Under the pieces are notes generated by a model, which had not been told where the DNA came from, ran no database searches, and worked only from the letters and a program-made list of their open reading frames with translations. This document shows, in pieces, positions 1 through 11,971 of a DNA stretch of 64,000 nt. Numbering within the stretch: the first letter of the stretch is position 1; the number at the start of each line of letters is the position of its first letter. The translations under genes were made by a program, and so were the position numbers. The DNA comes from Octopus sinensis (lineage: Eukaryota), in contig NC_043008.1 of assembly GCF_006345805.1 (NCBI RefSeq), forward strand, positions 24,428,001-24,492,000. Reading direction: 5' to 3'.

Positions 1-59
1 GTTTATAATTATTATTAATTGATATTTTTATGTTTTAGGTTCTATATGTGACTGTTTAG

Positions 60-1035
60 TCATGCCATGTATTTGAAAGGGGGTGTATTGTGGGTCATTT
101 TGAAGGTAAACCTAGTTAATGTAAAATCGAAGAAAACCTTGAGATCCCGTCTTCTACGATTAATAGATTGATTGTGCAATTCACCAGAGAGGGCACGGAG
201 TCCACATAACCTCGGCCAGATCAGCCAGATCCCTCTGACAAGACCTTTCTCATTACTAACAGAAGCACGAAGGATAATCCTCGTTGCGAGTCTTTGCAAG
301 ACATAGCAGAACAAGTTAATGTCAGTCTCAGACAGTTGTCAGGTATATGCACAAACTTGGTTACTATGGCAGACCTGGAAGAAGCAACCCACTTCTTCGA
401 CAAGCCAACACCAAGAGGAGAAAAGATTGGGCTAGTGAGATGGTGGAGAGGCCACTACCTTTTAGGATACTGTCATATTCTCAGACTAGTCCAGATTTGC
501 TGTATTTCTTGACAGTGGTCGAGTGTGGGTCTGGAGATTCTGTGATCAAAAATTTTATGTGAAAAGATTGCAACCAACAATGAAACACGACAGCTATTCT
601 GAAATGGTCTGAGGAGCAATTCGGTGCAATGGTTCATCAGAGCTGGTGGAGTGTGAGGAAATCATGAACTCAGATAAATATGTGTCCATATTACAGAAAG
701 GACTCCTTCCAAATTCCTCCAGTGGTGAAATTATTAAAGAAGACTCTTATCTATGGAAGATGGGGCTCCTTGTCACACGGCTAAAACGATACAAGATTTG
801 TTGGATGAGAATGGCATTAAGAAGTTTTCATGGCCAAGGCAATCACCAGATATAAACCCTATTGAACACTTCTGGGACATAATGGACAGGACACTTCATA
901 AAAAGAACAAGAAAGTGTCATCAAAGGCAGATCTTTAGAGATTACTGCATGAAACTTGGCAAGAAAAATCGCAAGAGAATATTCGTCATGTGATCAGTAA
1001 CATGCCAAATAGGGTCCTTGCATATAAAATATTAA
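60..1035 (+). mobile_element. Tc1-like DNA transposon remnant (frameshifted transposase)
   Basis: ORF pieces read RRPGRSNPLLRQANTKRRKDWASE, MEDGAPCHTAK and WPRQSPDINPIEHFWDIM. These match Tc1 DD34E motifs (QDNAPxH, WPxQSPDLNPIE). No clear TIR. Confidence 0.9.
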
Positions 1036-1162
1036 CATTAGAACGTGTAATAAATATTTTGAATGTATAATTTCAGATTGAGATAAATTTTAGTGATTAT
1101 AAGTTTGTCTATTTGCTTCTATTATGTGTATGTGTGTGTGTGTGTATGTATGTATATGTATA

Positions 1163-1200
<38 letters not shown>

Positions 1201-1266
1201 TCAGGGTGAGTACTTGATAATTGTAAGCACCTGTATATACCGTTTGGTGGTGTAGGTGGTGGAGTA

Positions 1267-2325
1267 AATTAATCAAAATAAAAACATGATGCCAAGGATT
1301 CAGCGGTACATATGTTTCGGGCCTTTATTAGACGGATTTATAACAATGCATAATGTGTGTCTATGGCCTTCTTCAGCCGCGCACAATTACTACCTCAAGG
1401 ACATGTATTACATCAAAAATTCTACGTTGAGGATGCAAATCCTCTCATTCGCGTACGACGTAATGCGGCAACAGCATAAAAATGAAGCGTCCATCTCGTC
1501 CTTCTCTCAATGTAGAATGAGGAAGTTTGGATGTTGAGGTAATATAAATAAATGAATAAATAAATATATACATATATAAATACAGACAGACGTGAAGTAA
1601 CCTGGTAATAAGAGTAAATGGGGATAAAGATGGAGGGGCGAGAATTCAGGACGAAGGATAAAAAATATAAAAATGTGAAAAATAAGAATATAAGTATAGA
1701 AAAATATTAAAATATAGAGTATAAAGATATAAAGAGATATAAAAAGATATAAAAAAATATAAATGAATGTAAAGATATAAAGTTATAAAAAATATTTTTA
1801 AATTATCAGAAATATAAAGGATATAAGAATATAGAAATGTAAAAGAATATAAGGATAAGGGATATAAAGTTGTTACGGACCAACATGGTGGTCAGGAAAA
1901 TGACAAATTCTGGTTGTAGAAGCCGTGGATGTCATAAATCAACCGGGGCGTCTGGGGACCTAGTGTATTGTAAATTAGAGTCGTTTGGTTAAACCGCTTA
2001 TCTAGTTCCTCGTAAAGTATCAAGTGGTCATCATGTACATACGTACACGCATGGATACATACACCCATATACACGCGTACATATACGTACGCATACGCAA
2101 CTACACGCATACAAGCATACATACGTACTCACGTGTAAACATATACAGATATATATGGAAAAAGGCGCATGTAGTTGGTTACACGAACCGACGCGCATAC
2201 GTACGTATATACATACACGCACATGCGTTCATATAGGCACACTCGCACTTACACGCATGTACAAGACGAAGTGAATCTCTATGCGTGTGGGCAGAAATAT
2301 GTATACACCTGTACTCACGCCCACA
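1267..2325 (-). repeat. Left arm of ~1.05-kb inverted repeat (non-coding, hammerhead-bearing PLE-like element)
   Basis: Reverse complement of 3246-4298 with scattered substitutions (e.g. catgatgccaaggattcagcggtac vs gtaccgctgaatccttggcatcatg). ORFs 1892..2122(-) and 3323..3679(+) are near-identical. Confidence 0.95.
1303..1380 (-). ncRNA. Minimal type-I hammerhead ribozyme motif
   Basis: Minus strand reads gcgg-CTGAAGA-aggcc...ggccc-GAAAC-atat-GTA|ccgc. Stem I is gcgg/ccgc, stem II is ggcc/ggcc plus tagac/gtcta, and stem III has the palindromic loop ATAT. Confidence 0.8.
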
Positions 2326-3245
2326 TTTATCTTATTTTATTTTATTTTTATTTTTATTTTTATTTTTATTTTATATTTTATTTTTTATATTTTATTTCTT
2401 ATTTTTATTTCTAATTCTTATTTTTACCCTTATTCTTACTTCTATTTTTACCCCTATTTTATCACTTTATATCTCTATATATGTCTATTTTTAGCTCTTT
2501 TTTCCTTATTTACTTATCTATGTATCCGCTTTATGCTTATACGTGTGTCTGTGTATGTATGTGTATGTATGTATATGTATATATATATGTATGCGTATGT
2601 ATGAGTAAGTATCTGTGTTTATATGTGTACCCTGTTGTTATACTTTTTTAATAATTTTTTTACATGCTTTTGTATATTTTTTTAATATATTTTTTAATAC
2701 ATCTTTTAATATCTTATATCTATACCTATATGTGTGTGTGTCTGTGTATGTAAGTGTGTGTACACGCGCATATAGACACACAGATGTGTGTGTGTGCGTG
2801 TGGATGCGTGTGCGTGGCCCCGTGTGTATGTATATATGCGTGTATGTATGTACACGTGTGTGTGTATGTTTGCACATTTATATGTGCGGTGCGGGTATGT
2901 GTGTGTGGGGGTATGTTGATTTATATGTGCATATGTATATATATATATATATATATCTTATAATTATATATATATATATATATGTATATACATATATGTA
3001 TATATATATGGTATATGTGTGTGTGTGTGTATATATATGTATATGTATATTTGTCCGTGTATATATATATGTATTATTCTGTCATAATTTTTTGCCCCGC
3101 AAGTCTCTTACGTTCATGTCTACCTTCTGTACCCACTATAATTCCGTATCGTGCCCGTGTGCGAGAATGGATCTTTTGTTATACCTGTGTGTGCATATAC
3201 ATACTTTTGTGTATAGGCTAGGGATCTACTCCCCCATGTGCGGGG

Positions 3246-4294
3246 TGTGGTCGTGAGTACAGGTGTATACATATTTCTGCCCACACGCATAGAGATTCAC
3301 TTCGTCTTGTACATGCGTGTAAGTGCGAGTGTGCCTATATGAACGCATGTGCATGTATGTATATACGTACGTATGCGCGTCGGTTCGTGTAACCAACTAC
3401 ATGCGCCTTTTCCCATATATATCTGTATATGTTTACACGAGAGTACGTATGTATGCTTGTATGCGTGTAGTTGCGTATGTGTGCGTATATGTACGCGTGT
3501 ATATGGGTGTATGTATCCATGCGTGTACGTATGTACATGATGACCACTTGATACGTTACGAGGAACTAGATAAGCGGTTTAACCAAACGACTCTAATTTA
3601 CAATACACTAGGTCCCCAGACGCCCCGGTTGATTTATGACACCCACGGCTTCTACAACCAGAATTTGTCATTTTCCTGACCACCATGTTGGTCCGTCGTA
3701 ACACTTATATCCCTTATCCTTATATTCTTTTACATTTCTATATTCTTATATCCTTTATATTTTGATAATTTAAAAATATTTTTTATAACTTTATATCTTT
3801 ATTCATTTTATTTTTTTTTATATCTTTTATATCTCTTTATATCTTTATACTCTATATTTTAATATTTTTCTATACTTATATTCTTTATTTTTCACATTTT
3901 TATATTTTTATCCTTCGTCCTGAATTCTCGCCCCTCCATCTTTATCCCCATTTACTTTATTACCAGGTTATTCACGTCTGTCTGTATTTATATATGTATA
4001 TATTTATTTATTCATTTATTTATATTACCTCAACATCCAAACTTCCTCATTCTACATTGAGAGAAGGACGAGATGGACGCTTCATTTTTATGCTGTTGCC
4101 GCATCATGTCGTACGCGAATGAGAGGATTTGCATCCCCAAGTAGAATTTTTGATGTAATACATGTCCTTGAGGTAGTAATTGTGCGCGGCTGAAGAAGGC
4201 CATAGACACACATTATGCATTGTTATAAATCCGTCTAATAAAGGCCCGAACATATGTACCGCTGAATCCTTGGCATCATGTTTTTATTTGATTA

Positions 4295-4298
<4 letters not shown>
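3246..4298 (+). repeat. Right arm of ~1.05-kb inverted repeat
   Basis: Reverse complement of 1267-2325; ends directly in a (TA)n tract. Confidence 0.95.
4186..4262 (+). ncRNA. Hammerhead ribozyme motif, core-defective copy (GAAC instead of GAAAC)
   Basis: gcgg-CTGAAGA-aggcc...ggccc-GAA-C-atat-GTA|ccgc; one core A is missing relative to the 1303-1380 copy. Confidence 0.7.
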
Positions 4299-4343
<45 letters not shown>

Positions 4344-4369
4344 ATATATATGTATGTATATATATTATA

Positions 4370-4434
<65 letters not shown>

Positions 4435-4475
4435 GTATCTATATGTATATATGTAACATGATATATAATATGTAT

Positions 4476-4862
4476 GCGTGGCCGTGTAGTAAGAAGCTTG
4501 CATCCAACCCACAAGGTTCCGGGTTCAGTCCAATGAGTGGCACCTTGGGCAAGTGACTTCTACTGTAGTCTCAGGCCTACGGAAGCCTTGTGAGTGGATT
4601 TAGTAGACATAAGCTGAAAGAAGCCTGTCGTATGTGTGTTTGTGTGTGTGTGAGCGCTTGTTTGTGGCCTCATCACCACTTGAGAACCGCTGTTGATGTG
4701 TCTATGTTCCCGTAACTTAGTTGTTCGGCAAATGAAACCAGTAGAATAAGTACCAGGCTTAAATAATATCCAGCAGTCGATTTGATCGGCTAAAACACTT
4801 TAAAACAGTGTCCTATCATGGTCTCAGTCTAATGACAGAAATAAGTAATGGAATAAAAGAAT
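4476..4862 (+). mobile_element. tRNA-type SINE (family A)
   Basis: Head gcgtggccgtgtagtaagaagcttg...ggttcagtcc with pol III A/B-box-like motifs, a central (TG)n, and tail gaataagtacc...gaataaaag. Homologous to 53911-54336(-) and 55641-55712(-). Confidence 0.8.
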
Positions 4863-5025
4863 ATTAGAGTGGTTTTTTTAATATCGGGTCCAGAATAACT
4901 TTTAAAACGCATGTGAAGCGAAACCAAGGTGAGTTGGACGAATACGTAGCTTTAAGGAGAGAGGGGATAAGATGACAACAACTGATGACAAGTGTCCATC
5001 TGGTGTCCATCGTAAATAAACACAT

Positions 5026-5059
<34 letters not shown>

Positions 5060-5649
5060 GTATGTATACATACGTACATATACATATATACTTATTGCAG
5101 AAAAATGGTACTGAGGTTTTATAGTTTAATCCTTGTCAGAAAACAGGATTTACAAACTGGCATTTTCTGCATGATAGTTGTCTATCACAAAATGAGACCA
5201 AAATCATTATACGAGGAGGAATTTTTATTAAATAAGCGAAAGACCAAAGTTGTAAGAACTTCTGAAGTTTTGCTAAGTATTTTTGTTTGCTTTTAAACTT
5301 TAATTCAATATTAAGAGTAGAGTAGCAAAATTTAGATTATTATTTTTTGGGGTAAATTAACAAGGTTTTTGCTTTCAGATAGTATAATTCGATTTTCAGA
5401 GTAACAGGATTTAGATTTTTTTTATTTTCAGGCAAGTTGATAAGAACAGTAGCTGAATTAGAGGCTTTTTTTTATTTTGCATGAATTTCGACTGACAAAC
5501 TAACTTTGCCCTAACAAGGGCAGGTGGCTCCTCCTGTCTTACGGTGGGTGCATTGACTATTTTTGCATTTAAAAAAATTTTGTATTAGCCATGGCTAAAC
5601 TATTCATATGACCAGATCTTCTTACTTACATACATACATACATACATAC

Positions 5650-5706
<57 letters not shown>

Positions 5707-5774
5707 TATCTAGATATATATATATATATATCTAGATATATATTCATATACATACATACATATATACATACATA

Positions 5775-6094
5775 CACACACACACACACACATGATAGAA
5801 GCAAATAGACAAACTTATAATCACTAAAATTTATCTCAATCTGAAATTATACATTCAAAATATTTATTACACGTTCTAATGTTAATATTTTATATGCAAG
5901 GACCCTATTTGGCATGTTACTGATCACATGACGAATATTCTCTTGCGATTTTTCTTGCCAAGTTTCATGCAGTAATCTCAAAAGATCTGCCTTTGAAGAC
6001 ACTTTCTTGTTCTTTTCATGAAGTGTCTTGTCCATCATGTCCCAGAAGTGTTCAATAGGGTTTATATATGGTGATTGCCTTGGCTATGAAAACT
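5775..6094 (-). repeat. Inverted duplicate of the Tc1 3' end plus flank (copy of ~823-1145)
   Basis: ORF 5847..6038(-) MMDKTLHEKNKKVSSKADL matches 753..938(+). The duplicated segment includes non-transposon flank and the (TG)n/(CA)n tract. Confidence 0.93.
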
Positions 6095-6499
6095 ATTCTC
6101 ATACCTCTTCTTGCTAATTCTTCTTAATATACATAGATATAGCTCATTTATTCCTTGATTTTACTATAAAATTAATATTACATTAATATTCATTATCATA
6201 TAGAAAATTATTTTTCATAATGAATGTTCGCACTTTATTTTTTGGCGCGTTCGTACTATGAACTTTGTTTCAGTATAAACATTTTATATACAGTGCAGTT
6301 ATAGGAACTAATAATTTTTACAATTATAATTATATTTCTCATTATCCTAAACAAATTATTAATTCTAAACGAAATAAATATACAAGTAGGTTTCATTTAA
6401 TTAACACAAAACAAGTACTTGTTCATTTATCATAAATATCGCATGCATGCTTTAATTTTGATGTCTCTCTATACTGGGGTGCTGTATTGAATACAGGGC

Positions 6500-6517
6500 C
6501 TAATAATAATAATAATG

Positions 6518-6616
<99 letters not shown>

Positions 6617-6680
6617 GTTTTTATTATTATCATTATAACAACAACAGCAACAAAAACAATAATAATGAAAAAAAATAATA
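6500..6680. repeat. (AAT)n followed by (ATT)n microsatellite
   Basis: Direct reading. Confidence 0.95.
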
Positions 6681-7049
6681 TGAGGGATACTGTATTGAAT
6701 GATGAATAAATGAAGAAGATACAATATTGTTATTGTTTTTTTCGTTAAATGGGATACCTGAAGGTTTCTCGTAATGCTGTTCAGAAAAAGCAAAAGAGCA
6801 GATGGCTCCTCGTGCCTAACGCTGGATACAATGGCTATTTTGACATTTTAAAAATTCTTTTTATATTAGCCATTGCAGCGAATAACTTTTTCTCATTTTT
6901 AGAATTTAAGAAAAATATGTGAAACTTAAAATAAAAACACATCATAATATTCTTATTTGAATTCAATTATTAATAATGAAAAATATTTAAGATTTTTTTT
7001 AACAAAAAAATATCTATTATCTTTATTGCATTGCCTGGAAAAAGTGAAT

Positions 7050-8049
7050 TACAATGAAAAATGCGGACGCATGCATATTCATATTCTTAGGTTATTACGT
7101 TTGGAAAAGTGCAGAACAAGATTTCTACAGTAGAATTTGCCTAATTCGTCATCTCTAAAAGGAAACTAAAAAGTACTTCAAATTAAAATTCTACTTACCT
7201 AAAATATTGCAGCCGAAAATAAGATTTCTAAAATCAAAATGTATTATATTGAGTAAACTTGAGATAATTTATTTTATTTATTATTAGAATCTAAAAAACA
7301 AGCAAATTTTTAAAACACGGTAAAAAAAATAAGCAAAAAATATACAATGAAAATAGTCATTTTATTTAGCTGTATCAAATTCCTTTTTTCCACTTGAAAT
7401 GAAATTCCATAAGAAAAAAAAATTGATTGTAGTAGAATGGTCATTAAATGGTTTCAAATCAATCATATGCTCAGTTACTTCTTCTACATTAAAAAAATTA
7501 AATCTGACAAATAAAACATAAGTAAACTTTATAGATAGCATTAATACTGTAGAATTAGCCTAATTCGTCTTTCGCTAATTTTTTAATTCACCTAATTCGT
7601 CACTCTCGGTTTTCCATAAGGATGACAAATTAGGCGAATTCTACTGTATTTTTGAAAATTAATTCTACTATATTTCATTTGAAATACTGGTTAACTACAG
7701 ACTAAAATAATTTTGCTTAACAAACTTTTTATTTCTGAAAATGATAAAAATTACTGAGACTGTACATGAAAAGAGTTTCTGAATATAAGCCCATAGGCGT
7801 AAAATCGAATGGACTAATTTTTGGAAAAACCCAGTGATGTTTTTATAATTTTTGCTTTAATAAAATATAATACATTTTAAAAATGTTATTCTCGGATGCA
7901 ATACAATAGAATTTTCAATTTAATTCCTTTTTAGTTTCCTGCAGAGGTGACGAATTAGGCAAGTTCTACTGTAGAAATCTTGTTCTGTACTTTTCCAGGT
8001 GTAATAGCTTAAGGATATTAACGTGCATACGCCCGCAATTTTCATTGTA
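7050..8049. mobile_element. MITE / fold-back element with ~120-bp terminal inverted repeats and a nested internal IR
   Basis: 7050-7170 tacaatgaaaa...cagtagaatttgcctaattcgtca is inverted at 7931-8049. An inner pair at 7545-7648 (tactgtagaattagcctaattcgtc...aattaggcgaattctactgta) resembles pogo/Tigger-type TA-CAGTAG ends. Confidence 0.8.
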
Positions 8050-8394
8050 TATATATATTATGCAAAAGATAAACGCTTAGGAAGTTAGTAAACATCGAGC
8101 AGTCCATAGAACACATGAAAAACTTTCAGGAACAATAATGGTTTATTGACGTAGAAGGGTGTAAACTTTTCCCTTATCGAAGTTCGATAAACTGAAATAA
8201 ATTATTTTATAGGTCACGGTTAGTAGCTGGGGTTGCTTTGTATGTGAATAAAAATCCCAAAGTTGGGAATGGAGTTGATAAAATGCCGGCCACATATGCT
8301 TCATAGCAACCAGAATCACGGAAGAAGTGATTACACAAACGAGGGGTAGTCCACTAGCTACTCGTCGGGCCAAATATATATACACATACATACA

Positions 8395-8430
<36 letters not shown>

Positions 8431-9109
8431 TCGCCAGATAGTGTAGATGCATACATAACTATATATAGGTATGCATATACATTATATAGCCGAATACAAA
8501 CAGCGCGCGTACACACACATGTGTGTATGTGTTTTCTATTCGACTATATAATGTATATGCATACATATATATAGTTATGTATACATCTACACATAGCAGG
8601 TGATATATAAATATGTGTGTGTGTGTGTGTGTGTGAGTGTGTATGTGTGTTTGTGTGTTTGTGTGTGTTTGTGTGTATGTGTGTATGTGTGCGTGTGCAT
8701 ACGTTTGCAATATATACGAGTAAAAGAAGGGAAAATGTCTAATATCTCAAATGTCTAGCAGCAAATAACTACAGTTTGAAACAATTGAAGTTTTTGCGTT
8801 GGCAACAGAATGTCAGAATTCGATGAACGAATTTAATTTTTCCGTTGCATTCTGTGATAATATAATGTCAGTAGAAATGTCAGATTTGACACACACATCT
8901 TTAATATATGTTTTTACTTAGTCATCTTCATTTGAAAATTGTTATTTTTCTTACTTCTTGCTTCATCTAATGTTAACTAAAAAAGTAACTGATTCTCTGT
9001 TTATGTTTGAAATATGTTTTTAATTACTTCCGTATAGTTTCATTTTGGTGAGTAAAAGCTTATCGGGATACAGAGACAGAAAGTCGAACAGATTTATATG
9101 AGGACAGAA

Positions 9110-9127
9110 ACGTACATATATGCATAT

Positions 9128-9164
<37 letters not shown>

Positions 9165-9407
9165 TATATAACTATATCGATATATAATATATATATATTA
9201 TATACATAGATATATATATATTATATATATACACACATACATATATATATATGTATATGTATACGTAACATATATATATATATACATATATATATACATA
9301 TACATATATATATACATAATATATATACATATATATATTATATATATATAATTATTATATACATTTATATACATATACTATATATATACATATATATAAT
9401 ATAATAT

Positions 9408-9441
<34 letters not shown>

Positions 9442-9717
9442 ATATCTATCTATATATATATAATGTATATATATTCCATATGTATATATATATATATATG
9501 CATATATATATATAGTGTATGTTTATACATATGATTACACACACATATAATATAGAATATATAAGTATATATACTTCATGCCTGTTTATATTTGTATATA
9601 TGCACGTATCCGTATACGAACATCAGTATCTCTGCATATTCAAATATATAGGTATAGAATGAAAATTGGTGTATGTATGTATGTATGTATATATGTATGT
9701 ATATATATACATATATT

Positions 9718-9765
<48 letters not shown>
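9110..9765. repeat. Degenerate (TA)n/(TACA)n low-complexity tract
   Basis: Direct reading. Confidence 0.9.
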
Positions 9766-9767
<2 letters not shown>

Positions 9768-10070
9768 GAAGGGTGAAATTAATTAATTTGGAATAATTAT
9801 CAATTACACCAAGTAGTCTTCGGCATGTAAAAGCCTCATTCGAGGAAAATTTAAGTAATACTAAGCAATAAAGGGTTTAGCAACGAATTGCCTTACCACA
9901 TACCGAATTTAGAAATAGCAGTCAAAGAGTTATAGCTATTTCTTCTACTAAAAAGGGAGATCTCAGTAAAAACAGCAATTGGAAGCAGACACAAACAGGT
10001 AAGAGAGAATGAATTGACGGCAATCTATCATACAATTTTAAGTTATCTACGGACGCACGTTTCGAAATCA

Positions 10071-10121
<51 letters not shown>

Positions 10122-11488
10122 ATAGTATATGTGTGTGTATGAGTTTGAGTGTGTGTGTATGTCTAGGTAGGTAACTAGGTAGGTGTAGATGTATATATAT
10201 GTTCTATAAAAAAAACACAGACAAAAACGTTTATTGATTGGTACAATTTATTGATAACGGAAAGTAGATGGAGAAGTTTAGAATTAAAAATATACAAAAA
10301 GCTAATATAAAACTTAAAACTTGGATAAAGAAATGCTAATATTGAAAGAAAAATATTTCCGTTATCTCAACAGCAGTCATGTTAAGAATAAGAAGCCATA
10401 AGCTTTATTTAACTATACGTGCTAATACGAAAAATATAGGGATTTAGAGTGATTTTATTTTGTGTAATGTTATATTACGGTACTGATAGATTGACATATA
10501 ACAAAAGAAGAAACTGCACAACAAATAGATATTGATCATACAGTGAATAAAAAATCGTAAGTATCTGCTCAATGACAAGTGCTCCTATACCTACAATACT
10601 AAAGTCAGTGTTACAAATGCATATCGATTCAATTAATTCTCTATTTTACTTCCTCCGCCACACACACATACACACACAACTCTAGAGATATTTTTGTAAG
10701 ATGTAAAAGAAAAACACAACATTTGCGGAACCCGAGGGAAAAAAACATCAAACAATCAAACGACACTACTGGGAGACTACTTCCTTATTTTATATATTGT
10801 GTGTCGGGAGAGTCATATTGTCTTAATGCCTTATTATCTAGCACACTCACTGGTTCAATTTCCACTCATTTAATATTTGTATTTTGCTTGCAAAATTTTC
10901 ATTGCTTTTCGAACCTTGGCAATGGGTGTTAACTCTGTCCGTTATTGGAGCTGTGTTCTTTTCTGTCTGTATGTGGACATGTGCACGCGTCAGTGTGCAT
11001 GTGTGCTTATATATGCACACATATATATATGTGTATGCATATATGTATGTATGCGCGTGTGTACGTATGTATGTATTTTGCATATTCATGTGATCCTGGG
11101 TGGATGTTTGTGCGTTTGTATGCGTGTGTGTATATATGGTCATGTATTTCCGTATCTCTTTGTGTGTGTGTTTGTGTGTGCTTGTCTGTCCGTATTACCT
11201 ATGTACCTATCTATCTACTTACCTATGTATCTATCTGTTTACCAACATATCCATTTACCGATATATATATATGAAGTATATATGAAATATATATTCAATA
11301 TGTTTATAATCCAGAAACATGATGTTCGCAGATAACCGCCAGACTTCGTTTTCTGTTTTGCATATGTGAATTGCAGGGTTTGTCGTGTGTGGAGCCCCAC
11401 TTGTGGAAAATAGAAATAAGCATTCTTGACTGCTATTTCTACTTTTTCGGTATGCGGCCAAGCAACCTGTTGCCTGTCCCTTTTTCCT

Positions 11489-11546
<58 letters not shown>

Positions 11547-11652
11547 TATATAGAAGGAGCTTCTACAGGACTAGAACTGTTTCATTCAAGAGAAATCTGA
11601 AGATTTCTCTTGAATGAAACAGTTCTAGTCCTGTAGAAGCTCCTTCTATATA
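11547..11652. repeat. Perfect 51-bp inverted repeat with 4-nt loop (tgaa)
   Basis: 11547-11597 tatatagaaggagc...agaaatc is the exact reverse complement of 11602-11652. Confidence 0.97.
11597..11639 (+). ncRNA. Hammerhead core motif embedded in the perfect hairpin
   Basis: CTGAAGA-t-ttc-tctt-gaa-t-GAAAC-agttcta-GTC|ctgtag. The 5' strand of stem I is replaced by the inverted arm. Confidence 0.55.
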
Positions 11653-11727
11653 GTAAATTAATTTTACTCTGCTATGTATTGAGTACCTTATTTACTGTGG
11701 TTAACCCCGAATCAACCCGGGACCTAC

Positions 11728-11759
<32 letters not shown>

Positions 11760-11766
11760 TATAATA

Positions 11767-11808
<42 letters not shown>

Positions 11809-11910
11809 ATAGAAATGGCAAGACAACGAAAGAATGAAAGAGACCTCGATATTATGTAAATAGAGGAGTTTATCTGTAAATATAATATGTGACAGTTATC
11901 CGGTGGCCAT

Positions 11911-11971
11911 GATAAGACTCCGAGTTTCGGATGTTGGGGCGGAAACCCACGCCGGCATCTCTTCAGTTATC
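11911..11971 (-). ncRNA. Minimal type-I hammerhead ribozyme motif
   Basis: gataa-CTGAAGA-gatg...catc-c-GAAAC-tcgga-GTC|ttatc. Stem I is gataa/ttatc (5 bp), stem II is gatg/catc, with a GUC cleavage triplet. Confidence 0.85.

Noticed and set aside
1892-3679. Many 60-210 aa ORFs rich in Y/I/C/V/H/T (also at 8.4-11.5, 33, 58 and 62 kb)
   Set aside because: They are translations of (TA)n/(TG)n/(CA)n low-complexity DNA, not genes.
5100-5270. KTGFTNW-like peptide suggesting a hAT/ZMYM remnant
   Set aside because: Too short and interrupted to support.
8213-8306. Possible terminal exon (ttattttatag|G-SRLVAGVALYVNKNPKVGNGVDKMPATYAS*)
   Set aside because: A plausible acceptor and short frame only; no upstream exon, homology or expression evidence.
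10045-10070. GAAAC-gtgc-GTC half hammerhead (-)
   Set aside because: The CTGANGA half is missing (truncated by (TA)n).
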